Shown: positions 49,347-60,776 of the stretch, piece after piece | How the letters are laid out: every line of letters begins with the position of its first letter | Numbering within the stretch: position 1 is the first letter of the stretch | Notes under the pieces: generated by a model | Told to the model about the DNA's origin: nothing | Seen by the model: the letters and a program-made list of their open reading frames with translations, nothing else | Database searches by the model: none | Assembly: GCA_001179505.1 (NCBI GenBank) | Contig: CDMY01000353.1 | Span: forward strand, 41,546-105,545 | Length of the DNA stretch: 64,000 nt | Source of the DNA: Vitrella brassicaformis CCMP3155 | Lineage: Eukaryota > Protista > Chromerida | Reading direction: 5' to 3' | Translations under genes and position numbers: made by a program

Positions 49347-51543
49347 TCATACAATATCAGCAAACGCCCCTGATCTTATGACTATAACATAACCAATCAT
49401 AAAGTCGAGACACATCATAGCGTAGAAAATAAGAATAGCGATCCGATGTGCTAACATATCGTCTTCCCTTTCTCTTATCCTCCGAAAGAGCCCATCTGGT
49501 GAGTTCTTTGTCGTCAGCCAAAAACCGCCGCTGTCCGCTTGCAGCACATGAGAATGAAACTGTTCAAAACAAGAAACAGACAGAGGTTTTATACCTTATA
49601 TGGGCCCTGCAAAGACCTGATCCAACTCCACCAGGCGCTCCAGGGACCCTGATAAGTGGTATGAGCATAATCGATAATCATCGCAAAGTTCTTATTGTCT
49701 CCTTACCATATTGTGATGAAATGATATGTAGGATAAGAAACAGCATATTTGCCATCAGCACCGCGAGTGTCTGACAATTTTGTGTCACTGGTGTCTTCCC
49801 AAATGGTTTCGCATGGAGTGTTGCGCAGATCCAGGGCGTCATCAAGGTGAAAATTCAATTCGAAGAACCAGCTACCAGGCTTGGAATCATAGGCATCCCA
49901 CATATATCTGACGGCGTGCCAGAAAGCAGCAATCAGGTATGATGATGTACATTGATTTCACGCTTAAATACCGGTGCTTCCAAGGAATAGGATATTTGTT
50001 TTCCTTGTATGAGTATGGAGCTTCAATTTGGATTGGTTCAGTAGAATTTGAAGTCCGATTGCTGTCAATCTTCGTCGGGCACTCAGGACATCCTCGACCC
50101 GATCGAATATCCTTGTCCTTCCACGGCTGATCGTAGACATGGCTAGAAGCAAAAGGGCAAGCACATTTCTCTTTGAAGTGCTGTAAGCAAAGATTCAGAA
50201 TAACATATTACACAATCACACAGCGAGACATAACTCGTGCCTTACGATGGTATATTTGGGACGTAAGTCAGGGCGTTCGATTTTATCAGGCTCGAATCCG
50301 CCCATGAGTTTCCTACCTAGAGCCAACCGGCCGAAGCCGAGGCCGAAGGGAAGAAAGACGGCAACACTCCATAGCAGCAAGTAAATCCGCAAGCACCATC
50401 TGCAACCGATAGAACTGCAACAGGTTTCGCAGCCTTCATCGAATTTCTCGCAGAACCCTTCAATTCCACCAGGGCGCTCGTATGCTGTTTCATCACCTGC
50501 ACCACAGCATTTCCTGCAGAGCTGCATTAATGTATAATGTGAGGAGATAACAAAGTCAAAAATCATGGTCTACCTTTGGAGTGAGCAGGAAGAGCTCATA
50601 AAGGAGCTCCGAGGCTCTAATAAGTGTGACAATTGCGATGAGAATCACCGTCAAAGCGGAGAGGTACATTGTCACATAAAAGAGTTCTCCCTCTGCTAAA
50701 CTAAAACAGCACGAGAACACACATTATGAGAAGGAGTATATGGAGTCAGCTTTTCAAAGGTTCGCTCTCTACATACCCTCCGATAGCGTCAATGAATCTA
50801 TCTTCATGCCAAGCCGCTGGGACAACAGAAGTGCATTCCTCTTGAGACCTCACGCATGCGGTTGTATTCTTCCCTTCTCCACAGACAGACAACCCCAGAA
50901 CTTCTGCGAATGTCCAAGAACATCGTGTCTCTTCTCTCCCTATCTCCCGATCTCCCGTGTATGAATGCTTTCAAAGTGATTACCTGCGACATCCCTGGAA
51001 GCCAAGAAAGCAAGCTTCGCAAGCTTCGCGGTGCAACTCTTTCTTTTGTCCTTGCCTGCGAAGAAATTTAGATCGTCTAGAAGGCCCTCGATGTCCAAGA
51101 GGAGGAAGGAGACAAAAACGGCGTCTAGCAACACTTGGTTTAAGAAAACCCAAAGCCAGAGGGGCATCTTGCGTCGGATGAGGGCCCAGATGACGAGCAA
51201 TCCCAGCGCACCGATAGCTACGGCAGTCGCAAACCAGCGCGCAGCATATAAGTCTTCTGATTCGACTCGACCTTGGCCATCAACCAGAACCAGATATATC
51301 ACCGGCGCAAGGGCGAGTACCGATATGAATGCCTGATATTCACACATCCAAACACACACCAAGTAGACCAAGTAGACACACACACAGAAACAGCTCTACC
51401 TTGCCGTTGACGAGAGAAAGCTCCGAGTCGACTTCCGAGTTCGGGTCCTCCTCTCGAGCACACGTAAACCCCACAAGGAGGTCACCGATGCTTTTCTCCT
51501 CTGTGAGCGCACGAAGCATGTGGGGGATGGTACGAGACGCCAT
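49347..51543 (-). CDS. Uncharacterised multi-pass membrane protein, 8 exons, AT-rich 3' portion
   Basis: In-frame spliced chain MASRTIPH..LVNGK|AFISVLALAPVIYLVLV..RDVA|EGELFYVTMYLSALTVILIAIV..TPK|LCRKCC..LRIYLLLWSVAVFLPFG..YTI|HFKEKC..CPEC..WKH|RYMWDAY..FITI|WVPG..PYK|FHSHV..RIAILIFYAMMCLDFMIGYVIVI..DIV*. All introns are GT-AG; about 6 TM segments. Confidence 0.78.
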
Positions 51544-52085
51544 TGCGTCAACTCTGGAGAGAGGGACTCGAGCTCGCAGGCCCGGCTCGGGGGGAGTGCA
51601 GAAGGAGCATCTGTGCAGACCCTCCCAGGCAATAGCTCCCAGGCTTCCAATGACTCCGACCACTTTCGATCCCTGCTGAGCCTCAGCAGCGCGCTCTCGT
51701 CTGTCTCGTCATCGCCATTGTGGATTGCGCAGGCTGACTGAGGGCTTTTTCTGCCTATGTCTCTCTCCCATTGTGTGATGGTCTACCACCAATCGAAAGA
51801 CGATGGCGAGTCTCAAACTCGGAGTTCGTGCCCGACATGCACTGGCCCTGGATCGGAGGAGACACACCCACACCAGCAGCAGACGGCCTCCACTCCCCAG
51901 CAACTCAATCCGTCCAACCAAACACAAGCAGTCGAGTACAATGGATGTGTTGGTCTTCTGTATGTGTGTCTGTGTATATGTTGGCGCAATATTGGTGGTC
52001 GGCTATTCTCATCGTCTGCGACCCAAACATCTACACACCGGTACACATACATATACCAACGACCGTCCATCGGCCCCCGCGGCCG

Positions 52086-52343
52086 CAGCAATCCCCTCCA
52101 CCAGCACATGCCGGCCTATTCGCCCCATCTATGCGTCAGGATGCCAATCGAGCCGCAACAACACCGACAAACCACAATCACAGCAGCGGTGGTGGCCATT
52201 ATATGCCGGGAGCAGCTCAGATGGACAATGCACAGACTCGGCCCGTTGATGCGGACGACGGCAGTGACCGCAAGCATCTGGTGGATCAGCTTTGCCAGCA
52301 GCTCGAGCAGACCCAACTGGCGGCCATGCAGAAAGAGCATTAG
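52086..52343 (+). pseudogene. Orphan exon-like fragment with coiled-coil-like end
   Basis: ...DADDGSDRKHLVDQLCQQLEQTQLAAMQKEH* is protein-like, but no convincing start or further exons were found. Confidence 0.3.
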
Positions 52344-52720
52344 GCACGTACACACACAATCACACACACACGTGATGAGTGCTCCTCTTCACCTCGTGTG
52401 TGCTGTTCATTCACGTGCAGGTGTGTGTGCCTGTGTGGTGTGTGTGCCGGCACGCTGATGCATAGCCGGCCCCCGCCCGTCTTTCTGAGAGGAATAGTCG
52501 CTGGTTCACCCCTTCCTCCCTATTGCGTGTTTTTGTGCAATGTACAAACACATATAGACAGATATACACAGAGAGAGACACGTACAGACAGATGCACGCA
52601 GGTAGATTCAATCTGTCTGCAGACAGACAGACACCATTGACCTGTGTGCGTAGATACCCAGACAGACATGCCTGTCCCTGATGCCCTGAGGTGTTTGAGG
52701 GCCAACGTGTCTGCAGGGCT

Positions 52721-52775
52721 GGCCCTTTAGCTGGAGGGCTGGCAGCAGGGCCAGCTCTGCGGCTGCAAGGCTGGC
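52721..52775. repeat. Second copy of the 55-bp direct repeat (first at 48956-49010)
   Basis: One mismatch versus the first copy. It is followed 1 bp later by CAAAGGCATTACA, also present at 48385-48397. Confidence 0.85.
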
Positions 52776-54245
52776 ACAAAGGCATTACACTTAAGTCAGT
52801 CAGGCTGAGCCGATACATGCATGCAGTCCCGCACACAGACACTTACCTACCCATCATGGAGTCCAGCCATCCACCTGGCGGCTGGCTGCACACGCAGAGA
52901 AATACCAACCAGCAATAACACCACTCAGTGGGTCTGTCTGTGTGATGCAAGATGTAGCTATAGGTTCTATCAACACACACACACACCAAGACACACACGG
53001 CCATGGATCGGCATGGATCAATCACACGCATTGGTACTGCACAGCGGGGGGGGAGGGAGGGAGGGAGGGAGGGAGGGAAGAAGGAGGGTGCTCTCATCAA
53101 AAGGGGGAGACCGATCGTGACGACACAGACCTATACACCACCCATTTATGCCGATACATCCACCCACCCGCCCACCTACTCATACGTGCAGCAGTGAACA
53201 TCTCAGCGCACAGGCAGACACGCAGGCAGGCAGAGAGACATACAATTCATTCCATCCATACATCCCGCCATCCCACACGTGCATGTAACCCACGGCCCCG
53301 CAAAGAAACAAGTATGGGTTAAATAAGGGGGGCCACTCCACTCGCTCAACCACTCGCCGAGCAGCCACGTACACACACACACACACACTCACACACGCAA
53401 TTCCCCCGCCCGCCCCACCTTGGATCGATAATCGTCAGGGTCCCTCGCACACCAGCTGGCCAGGCCAACCACTCTATGGAAAAACTTTGCAGCCAGCCAG
53501 CCTCCACTGTGCGAATTTATGTCAGTTTGTTATGTGCCCATGATGGCACGGCACCACTTACATAAAGCCATCCAACGCAAACCAAACTAGCAGCCCCCAC
53601 GCCACGTGTGAGCACTGGCCGGCCGGCATGGAGAAAGGAGAGAGTCGAGTTGGCGCGGCTTCGACGGTCGTCGGGCGCCTCCCTCTCTCTCCCACCCTCC
53701 TTCGTGTCTGCCTGCCTGCCTGCGATGATACTGTGCGTGAGAATGGAACAGAGAGGCAGCCACAGACCGACTCATGCAGGCAGACAGACAGACATACACG
53801 GTCACACACATCGTCCTCCCTGCTTGTTTGACGGTCGTCAGAGCTACTTAGTATCCATCACCAATTCGCATAGACGCAGCCACATGGTGTGCACACAGAA
53901 CTGAACTGCACGCATGAGCAGGGGGGGGGGATGTGAGTGTGGGAGTGGTGCATAAATAACACAGCGATTGTCACCTTCATCCGATAGACACACGCACATC
54001 CACAGACATACACACATGATGATACCTACGCGCTGTCAGTCGCCATAAAGGCCGACAGGTAGGCAGGCAGGCAGGCAGAGAGGTGGGCGGGCAGAAAATA
54101 CCCACAGACACGACTGACACGGCAACAAGAGCCAGCCCCACACACGCTGTTGTACACGGCACAGCACGCACACCCACACGAAGACCAACACACAGATTGT
54201 CGAATTACTTGTCGTCACGTCGGTCGCTGGCATGGATATAGCTAG

Positions 54246-57200
54246 CTAGGGCAGTCGTGACGGCAGCCGCGATGATGAAGTGGAGAGGCTGCTGGGGGAG
54301 CCCTCCTGCCGCGCCATCGGCTGACGGATCATGCAGTAACCCCGCGCGCCGTCCTTGCTGCACACATCACGCAGACACACACACACGAGACAGGCGGACG
54401 GGATGGGCTGATGATGTTCATTCTCGCCGTTGTGTTGACTGACCAGCAAAGGTATCTCATGACACAGGCCCCAATGAACGAAGCGAACACAACCAACGAT
54501 ATCACGATACCTGGCAAAGACACACAGACACAGACACGTCCACATCTCTCTCTACACATCTCCCTCCCTCTGTGTGTGTCGGGTCAGCCTCCAGAGTGCC
54601 AAAGTCACTGGCACCTACCGGCGATCATCAGGCCGTCCCCGCCCTTGCCGCCCTTGTCGCCCTTGCTGTGGCCGTCCGTGCTCTTGCCGCCGCCCGACGT
54701 CTTGAGATGCGGCACACCCCCGGCCACCTCCGGCTTGTCCTTCTGCTTGTTGTTGTGGAGGTTCTTCTTGGCCTGGTCGGGCCGCGTCTTCTGATCGACC
54801 GTCATGTCCTGCTCCAGCTCCTCGCCCTCGTCATTGTCGTCCAGGTGATCTGACACACACAGACACACACACACAGCTGTGCGCATCGCATCCGCCCCGT
54901 CCGCCTATTTATTCGTTTGTCGACTGACTGACCAGAGAGGATCTCCTTGGCCTTCTCGTAGTCCTTGTCGTCCTCAGGGTCGACATCCTGCAGCTCAGGA
55001 GGGGGCTTCAGGATGTCACCGGGGTGAGGCCGACCAGCACCGGGGGGCGGGGGCGCACCCGGACCGCCCGCACTGGGGCCCTCGTCCGACTCGTCGCCGC
55101 CCTCGTCGTCCTCGCCGCTGTCACTGCTGCCGTCTTCGTCGACCGGTGTGCCTGGTGGTGGTGGGAACGAGAAGATCTCCTTGCACTGGGGGTCCTTGCT
55201 CTCTGGGAGGCACTCGCAGTGGTAGTTGTCTGGGCCCGGGAAGGGGAACCGGATGCAGTCACCGATGTCGCACTTCTCGTCACACGACGGGTCTGACACA
55301 CACACACACACAGGCAGCAGAATCGTGCATGCATCACTGTCCAGTCCACGTGGGCTCAGACTCGCTGGCTGGGTAAGCTTACTGACCGTGCACGCCAGCG
55401 GAGATGACGCCGACATTTCTCCAGCTGGATGGCGTGTCGCACTTCTCCAGACAGTGGCAGACGGTGGCATTCTGCTCCTTGGACGTGTCGATGGTCAGGT
55501 TCGTCCAGGCCTGAACCGATATCGACCACACCGCCGGCTCCTTCTCGCAGCCCAACGGGTCCTCCGTGTCGCAATCGAGGCCTTCCATGGCCTCCCAGGG
55601 CAGGTCGGTGCCGCAGTCCTCGCCCTTGATGACTTTGAGGCGGGAGCTCATGCCGTTGCCCGACGGTGGGAGGCCCCATCCACGGAGCCCCATGCCGAAA
55701 ATGCGGTTGGCTGTGATGTTGAAGTACTGCTCCTTGCGGACGCCCGAGATGACGAGGTCGCCCACGTCGGACCACTGGCGGGGGTCCTGGCACCGCTCCC
55801 AGCAATGACACACCTCATACGCACCCGGGCGGGACACAGACACACCCGTCCACACCTGCACACACACACCCAGAGAGCCGCTTCCTTCATTCGACTCGAC
55901 AGCACACCCATGTCTGCACCCCACAACTAACACACCTGTTTGTAGACGGTCTGCAGTGGTGCCGAGAGGTCGTCGAAGTCGACATTGCCGTCCTCGTCGA
56001 CGGGCACCGACTCCTCGTACAGGTATGGCTCGGGCGGTGTGTCCACACCCACGCCCTCAGCCATGGGGTCGTCGTATGCGTTGCCGCAGAACATGGGCAG
56101 GGTGTTGAACAGACGGCGGACGAGCTTCAGGCGAGCGGTGGGGTTGGTGCGCTCGGCGTGCAGCCCGTCGACACCAATCATAAGGTCGAACGTCGTGTCG
56201 ACCTTCTCGCGGAACTCTTGGAAACGGACCACCTCTGAACGAACAAAGACACACATCGATACATACGCAAAACAGCGGCGCTGGCCTGGTTGCTTTGTTC
56301 ACCCACCGGGTATCTCAAGAACGGTCCATTCGTTGGCAGTGGATGCGTTGAAGGTGTGTCCGGCCCATCTGGGTGGGAAGAGGTCAAACTTGGCGAACTG
56401 CAAGGGGATCTGGGAGGCATCCTCCAGCTGCATTGCGTCAGCCGAGGTGCTGTTGACGTGCAGGTGCGGCTGGTAGACCTTGACGCACCGCACGTCCACA
56501 GGCGACTGGAACTCGAAGCGCACCCAGGGGGAGCAGGAATCCTCTTCCCTGACCGTCACGTTCATCGGGTCGTAGTCGGTGTCGTCGTCGGCCTCGTCAG
56601 CTGTAGCGGTGTCCGACCCGTACGCATCCTCAGCGTCACTGTACTGCAGCGCCCGCCTCACGTTGGTGTCGTTGTCAGCCGCGGGAGCACTGTCGCTGTC
56701 ACCGTCGTGTTGCGACAGCCAACTGGGCAGGGTCACCGGCTCGCATTTGATGTCGAGGTTGGTACCCGTCTCGCTGTCGATGAGAGAGTTGTACTTCTGG
56801 AGACTTTGCTCGTTGGCCTCAGGGTCGGCCAGGGGGTCCTGTGCGTCCTCTCCGTCGGCAGTGGCGTGCTCGGGGTCGCTGGTAGAGTTGGTGCGGTCCA
56901 GGGAGGTCACGATGCGCGACTCCTCGGGGGTGAACTTGATCTGCGTGGAGCAGTTGGTGTCGGAATACAGCCTGAATTGCGAATGGAACGGAGAGCCGAC
57001 AGACAGGTGAGGTCAGCAAAGGGGTGTGAGGTGAGAAGATACACGTGGATGTGCCTGTGCGTCACGGGGGCTCACTCGATCTCTGCGACGTTGAGGGTCG
57101 TGTTGACTCCTGGCTTGCCCGTCAGCTGCCAATAGCGGCTCCCTGCAGCACAACAACGACGCACACACGCGGCGAACGAACCATCATCATCATGTGCCAG

Positions 57201-58167
57201 CAGTGATCTCAGCTCGCGTCACTGCACTCACTCACCCATGGTGACTTGTGCCTTCTTCTCGCAGATGAAGGGCAGGGGGTATTCGCAGAAGTAGTCCCTG
57301 AAGGTGCCGTCGCTGCCCTTCAGGTACACGCAGTCGGCGCTGCAGTCGGGCTTAGACGCCTGGTCGCCTGCACACATACACAACGGGCATTCGACAATGC
57401 CTTTGCGAGCGCCCTTAGGTGAGGCGTGAGTGACTCACATCCTTTGGGTCTGGGCCAGTTGTTGGGTTCCCTGTCCTGTCTGCTGTGCAGCGCCCAGTTG
57501 GTGTAGTCGAAGGGCGTATTCTTGCCCTCCCACTCAAAGATACCCTCCTCAGACCGGTCGTTCAAGCCAATCCTGACCACCAAGACACACAGCAGCACGG
57601 AGCACACCCGCGTCGTCCCTGTCTGTCTGGGTGACGGCGAGTGATCCCTCTCTCTCTCTCTCTCTCTCTCCCGGCCGTGTGTACCAGCAGGAGTGTCTGG
57701 AGTTCCTTCCGCATACGAGTGACATGACTGCGTTGTCCTCGGGCGACCGGATGCTGGCGAGTGTGGCCTCTACGCTGCGGCACATCTCGGCCGCCTCCTC
57801 CCAGCTTTTCTGCGATTTGTTCTTCCTGAAACACCGACCCTCGTGCCATAACCAACCCGACTCACAGTACGTACTGCACCGCGCCGACACACACACAAAA
57901 CACAACACAACACGTGGGAGAGCTGGGCTGGGTGGCTCTGTGCAAGCAGCGGTCTGTCTTCTGCCGTCTGTTAGTCTGTAACCTCGGAAAGGCGGCAGCG
58001 TGCTGCACGAGGACGGCGAGGGACGACAGGGCCAGCGTGAAGGCAATCACCCCGGCCCTGGCTATGTGCCGCCTCCCGTATCTGGACTTGACAGCCTCTC
58101 CCTCCACGTCAGCAGCATCGCTGCGGCGCGACGGAGGGGCAGGGGGGTGCCGAGGCGACGCCGCCAT
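54246..58167 (-). CDS. Large type I membrane adhesin-like protein: signal/anchor, C-type lectin domain, discoidin-like segments, two Cys repeats, EGF-like module, acidic/Pro stalk, TM, short tail
   Basis: CESGWLWHEGRCF..KSWEEAAEMC..ATLASI..W|IGLND..FEW..YTNW..EPNN..DCV..RDYFCEYPLPFICEK (CTL); SRYWQL..VAEIE; PWVRFEF..VRCVKVYQ; two VCHCxExC..W..VG repeats; CDEKC..C..CEC..C; TM GIVISLVVFASFIGACVM. Confidence 0.88.
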
Positions 58168-58896
58168 CCCAAGACAGGAAGGATCAGAAAGACAGTCAGA
58201 AGGAAACAAGTTGCCGTCCTGCTGAGAAAAGCCGGCCGCAGGGTGAGGAAGGGAGCCTCCTCCGTCTGGGGGTGCGTCAGCGCCTTCGCCTCTTCTTCGG
58301 AGAACAACCCACCGCGTTCAGTGCGAGCTTTTTATGGCGTTGACGCGTAACGGTCGAGACGGGATTCGCATGATTCGAATTCTGTTTGCCGGCCCTGCTT
58401 TCGCATCGTGAATTGTCGTGGAAGCCGAAACTTGCTAGAAAGTGCCAGTATCGCGAATTCTCGCCGGGAGACGGCGGCGGCCTGTCTCATCGTCAAGTTC
58501 TTGATACCCCTTCGGTCGTCCCCTGTTTCCTCGTCCCTTGGTCCTTTCAAGACACTTGAAAAGGTGTAAGTTCCAGCTGCTTGATGTGCCTTACTCTCAG
58601 GCGGAGTCTCAGATGCCCACCAGATGCTTCCCTTGAGGACGCCGTGGATTCCCTTGATAGAGACCAGGACCATTCAAGGAGGTGCGAACAAAGACGACAT
58701 CCAACCATTAGTATCCCCCCTTTGATGTCGAGGGAGGCCAAAAAGCCCCTCGAGGCCGCCAGGTCAGTGCAGATGTGCCGGGAAGGAAACGAGCATGGCA
58801 CGCGACTGGCATGTGCTTTTTGTGGTCTGCAGGCGGCCATCTAACATCGGTATGGCCTCCTCGACGGCGAGTGCCGCGGGTCAAGGACTCCCGCCC

Positions 58897-59196
58897 NNNN
58901 NNNNNNNNNNNNNNNNNNNNNNNNNNNNNNNNNNNNNNNNNNNNNNNNNNNNNNNNNNNNNNNNNNNNNNNNNNNNNNNNNNNNNNNNNNNNNNNNNNNN
59001 NNNNNNNNNNNNNNNNNNNNNNNNNNNNNNNNNNNNNNNNNNNNNNNNNNNNNNNNNNNNNNNNNNNNNNNNNNNNNNNNNNNNNNNNNNNNNNNNNNNN
59101 NNNNNNNNNNNNNNNNNNNNNNNNNNNNNNNNNNNNNNNNNNNNNNNNNNNNNNNNNNNNNNNNNNNNNNNNNNNNNNNNNNNNNNNNNNNNNNNN
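58897..59196. other. Assembly gap (300 N)
   Basis: Run of N in the sequence. Confidence 1.
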
Positions 59197-59812
59197 CCCC
59201 CCCCTCAAGCCTGCAGACCCGGTGGTGCTGCCAACCGATACAGGGTGCAGTGCTCTCCCTCTGTCGATCGCAACGTGGAAGTTTTGGAGAAGCAGTTGGT
59301 CTTCGGCAGCCCTCTGGTGGTGTGGGCTGCCGCCCACGTGGCGGCGAGATATGGTGAAGATCCTCAAGCCCAACCACTCACGAGGCGGCGTACGCAAACA
59401 CAAGACATGAATTTTCTCTGGTTCTGTCTGAAATGTCCTAGTCTCGCTATGTATGTGCTTGCAGATTTTGTACATGCCAACCTTCGTGATGTACACGGCA
59501 GAAGGGCTGGCGGCGTGCCCGCGGTGTGGTGACTCTTTCTCCATCGAAATACGTCAACGGTAACCTGAAAAGGCAGTATGATGGACAATGCTGCCCATTT
59601 GCCTTAGCCGTCTCTCCCTTTGCCTGCCTGCCTGCCTGCCATTCTTTCAGGCCGCCAACTATCGCATTTCGCCGGCAAAGGGCGAACAGCGCTGTCCTGC
59701 ATGCACGCGAGAGGCGTGGCGTGCAATGACGTGAAGGTTCGACGTAAACGACAGCACATGACCGCCCACAAAGACACCCGTGAAGGAGCCGAGGAGCTTC
59801 TCGCGGTTGTAG

Positions 59813-60776
59813 CCCGCCGTCACAAAGGCCGTGTATCCCGTCCGAGGTCCATGGATGATCGCCACCATCGTCGTCAGCGTCGTTACGGCCATTGTAGTCG
59901 TCACCATTCTCGTGTTCATGTGCATTCCCGCTGCCTGGTGGGGGCGGTTCCAAACAGGCCACAAGATCGGTCGGCGAGAGTGGCAGCAATACGCGGGTAC
60001 ACGCAAACGAAACGAGCATCATTTGCCTGTGTACTCATTCGTGTGTGTGTGTATGTGTGTTGTCTGGTTCATCCTGACGATCGGCGTGACGGCCTTCGTA
60101 GCTGCATTTTGAAGGTGGAGCATCTTCAAGGCGGTGCGGAAGGCTCACCAGGTGAAAGGGAGTCACCTATTGCAGTGCGTGGGGGAGCTGCAGGGGGCTG
60201 GAATCAATGCCGCTGGATTGTCTCATCTGATGATGCCTCTCTTTTGTTCCTTGTGGGTCTTTCTTTGCAGATCAGATGGCACTGAAGCGTCGCCTACACT
60301 CCAGAGAAGCTAAAAGGGGCCTTTCTCACCATCGACAAAGCCCCGTCCCTCACCCCGGCCTGTCCTCCTCTTGTCGACCTGTCGACCTGACTGGCCTGCT
60401 CGTCCATCTCGAGAACGCCCCCAAGACGTCTGGGTACCACGCCGATGTCAGAAGGCAACAGGACACCGCCGAGACGTGCACCGCCCTCCTGCACCTCATC
60501 GATAGTGAGGAGGCAGCGGCAGGCGTTGCATCCGACCAGCGGTTCAACGTCCTCATCGGCAGCTCATTCGTGAGCCGACTGGTGAGCATTCACTGCTGCG
60601 ATGGCACGGAGAGGGCGGAGTCGCAGCGGATGGTGTCCTTGGGGATCAGTCGCGTAATGAATGCCTCCAGAGAGTGGGTGCTGATGGAGCTGGTTGAGGA
60701 GACCACTCTGAAACTTGAGCTCATGAAGGACGCAGCGAGATGCCCCACTTGCGGCCGCCGTCGATACAAACAGTAA
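59813..60776 (+). pseudogene. Pseudogene of a membrane-anchored protein ending in CPTC; two in-frame TGA and one frameshift
   Basis: Exon PAVTKAVYPVRGPWMIATIVVSVVTAIVVVTILVFM..; AAF*RWSIFK (TGA 60110-60112); IRWH*SVAYTPEKLKGAF; removing one copy of tandem GTCGACCT (60373-60388) restores PPLVDLTGLLVHLEN...RCPTCGRRRYKQ*. Confidence 0.7.

Noticed and set aside
41220-50300. TTCGAATCC/CTCGAATCC as tRNA T-loops (about 41225 and 50292)
   Set aside because: No cloverleaf or D-arm could be formed; one lies inside a coding exon.
37773-59705. TGCATGCA (known ApiAP2 site) at 37773, 52818, 55326 and 59698
   Set aside because: The copies lie in 3' spacers, introns or microsatellite-like CATG tracts, not in the divergent promoters; no positional support.
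51709-60290. Three in-frame TGA codons as evidence of selenocysteine or a recoded genetic code
   Set aside because: Intact genes in the window use TGA as a normal stop (e.g. 6884-6886, 43304-43306). Two of the three lie in a frame that also has a frameshift, and no SECIS was recognised.
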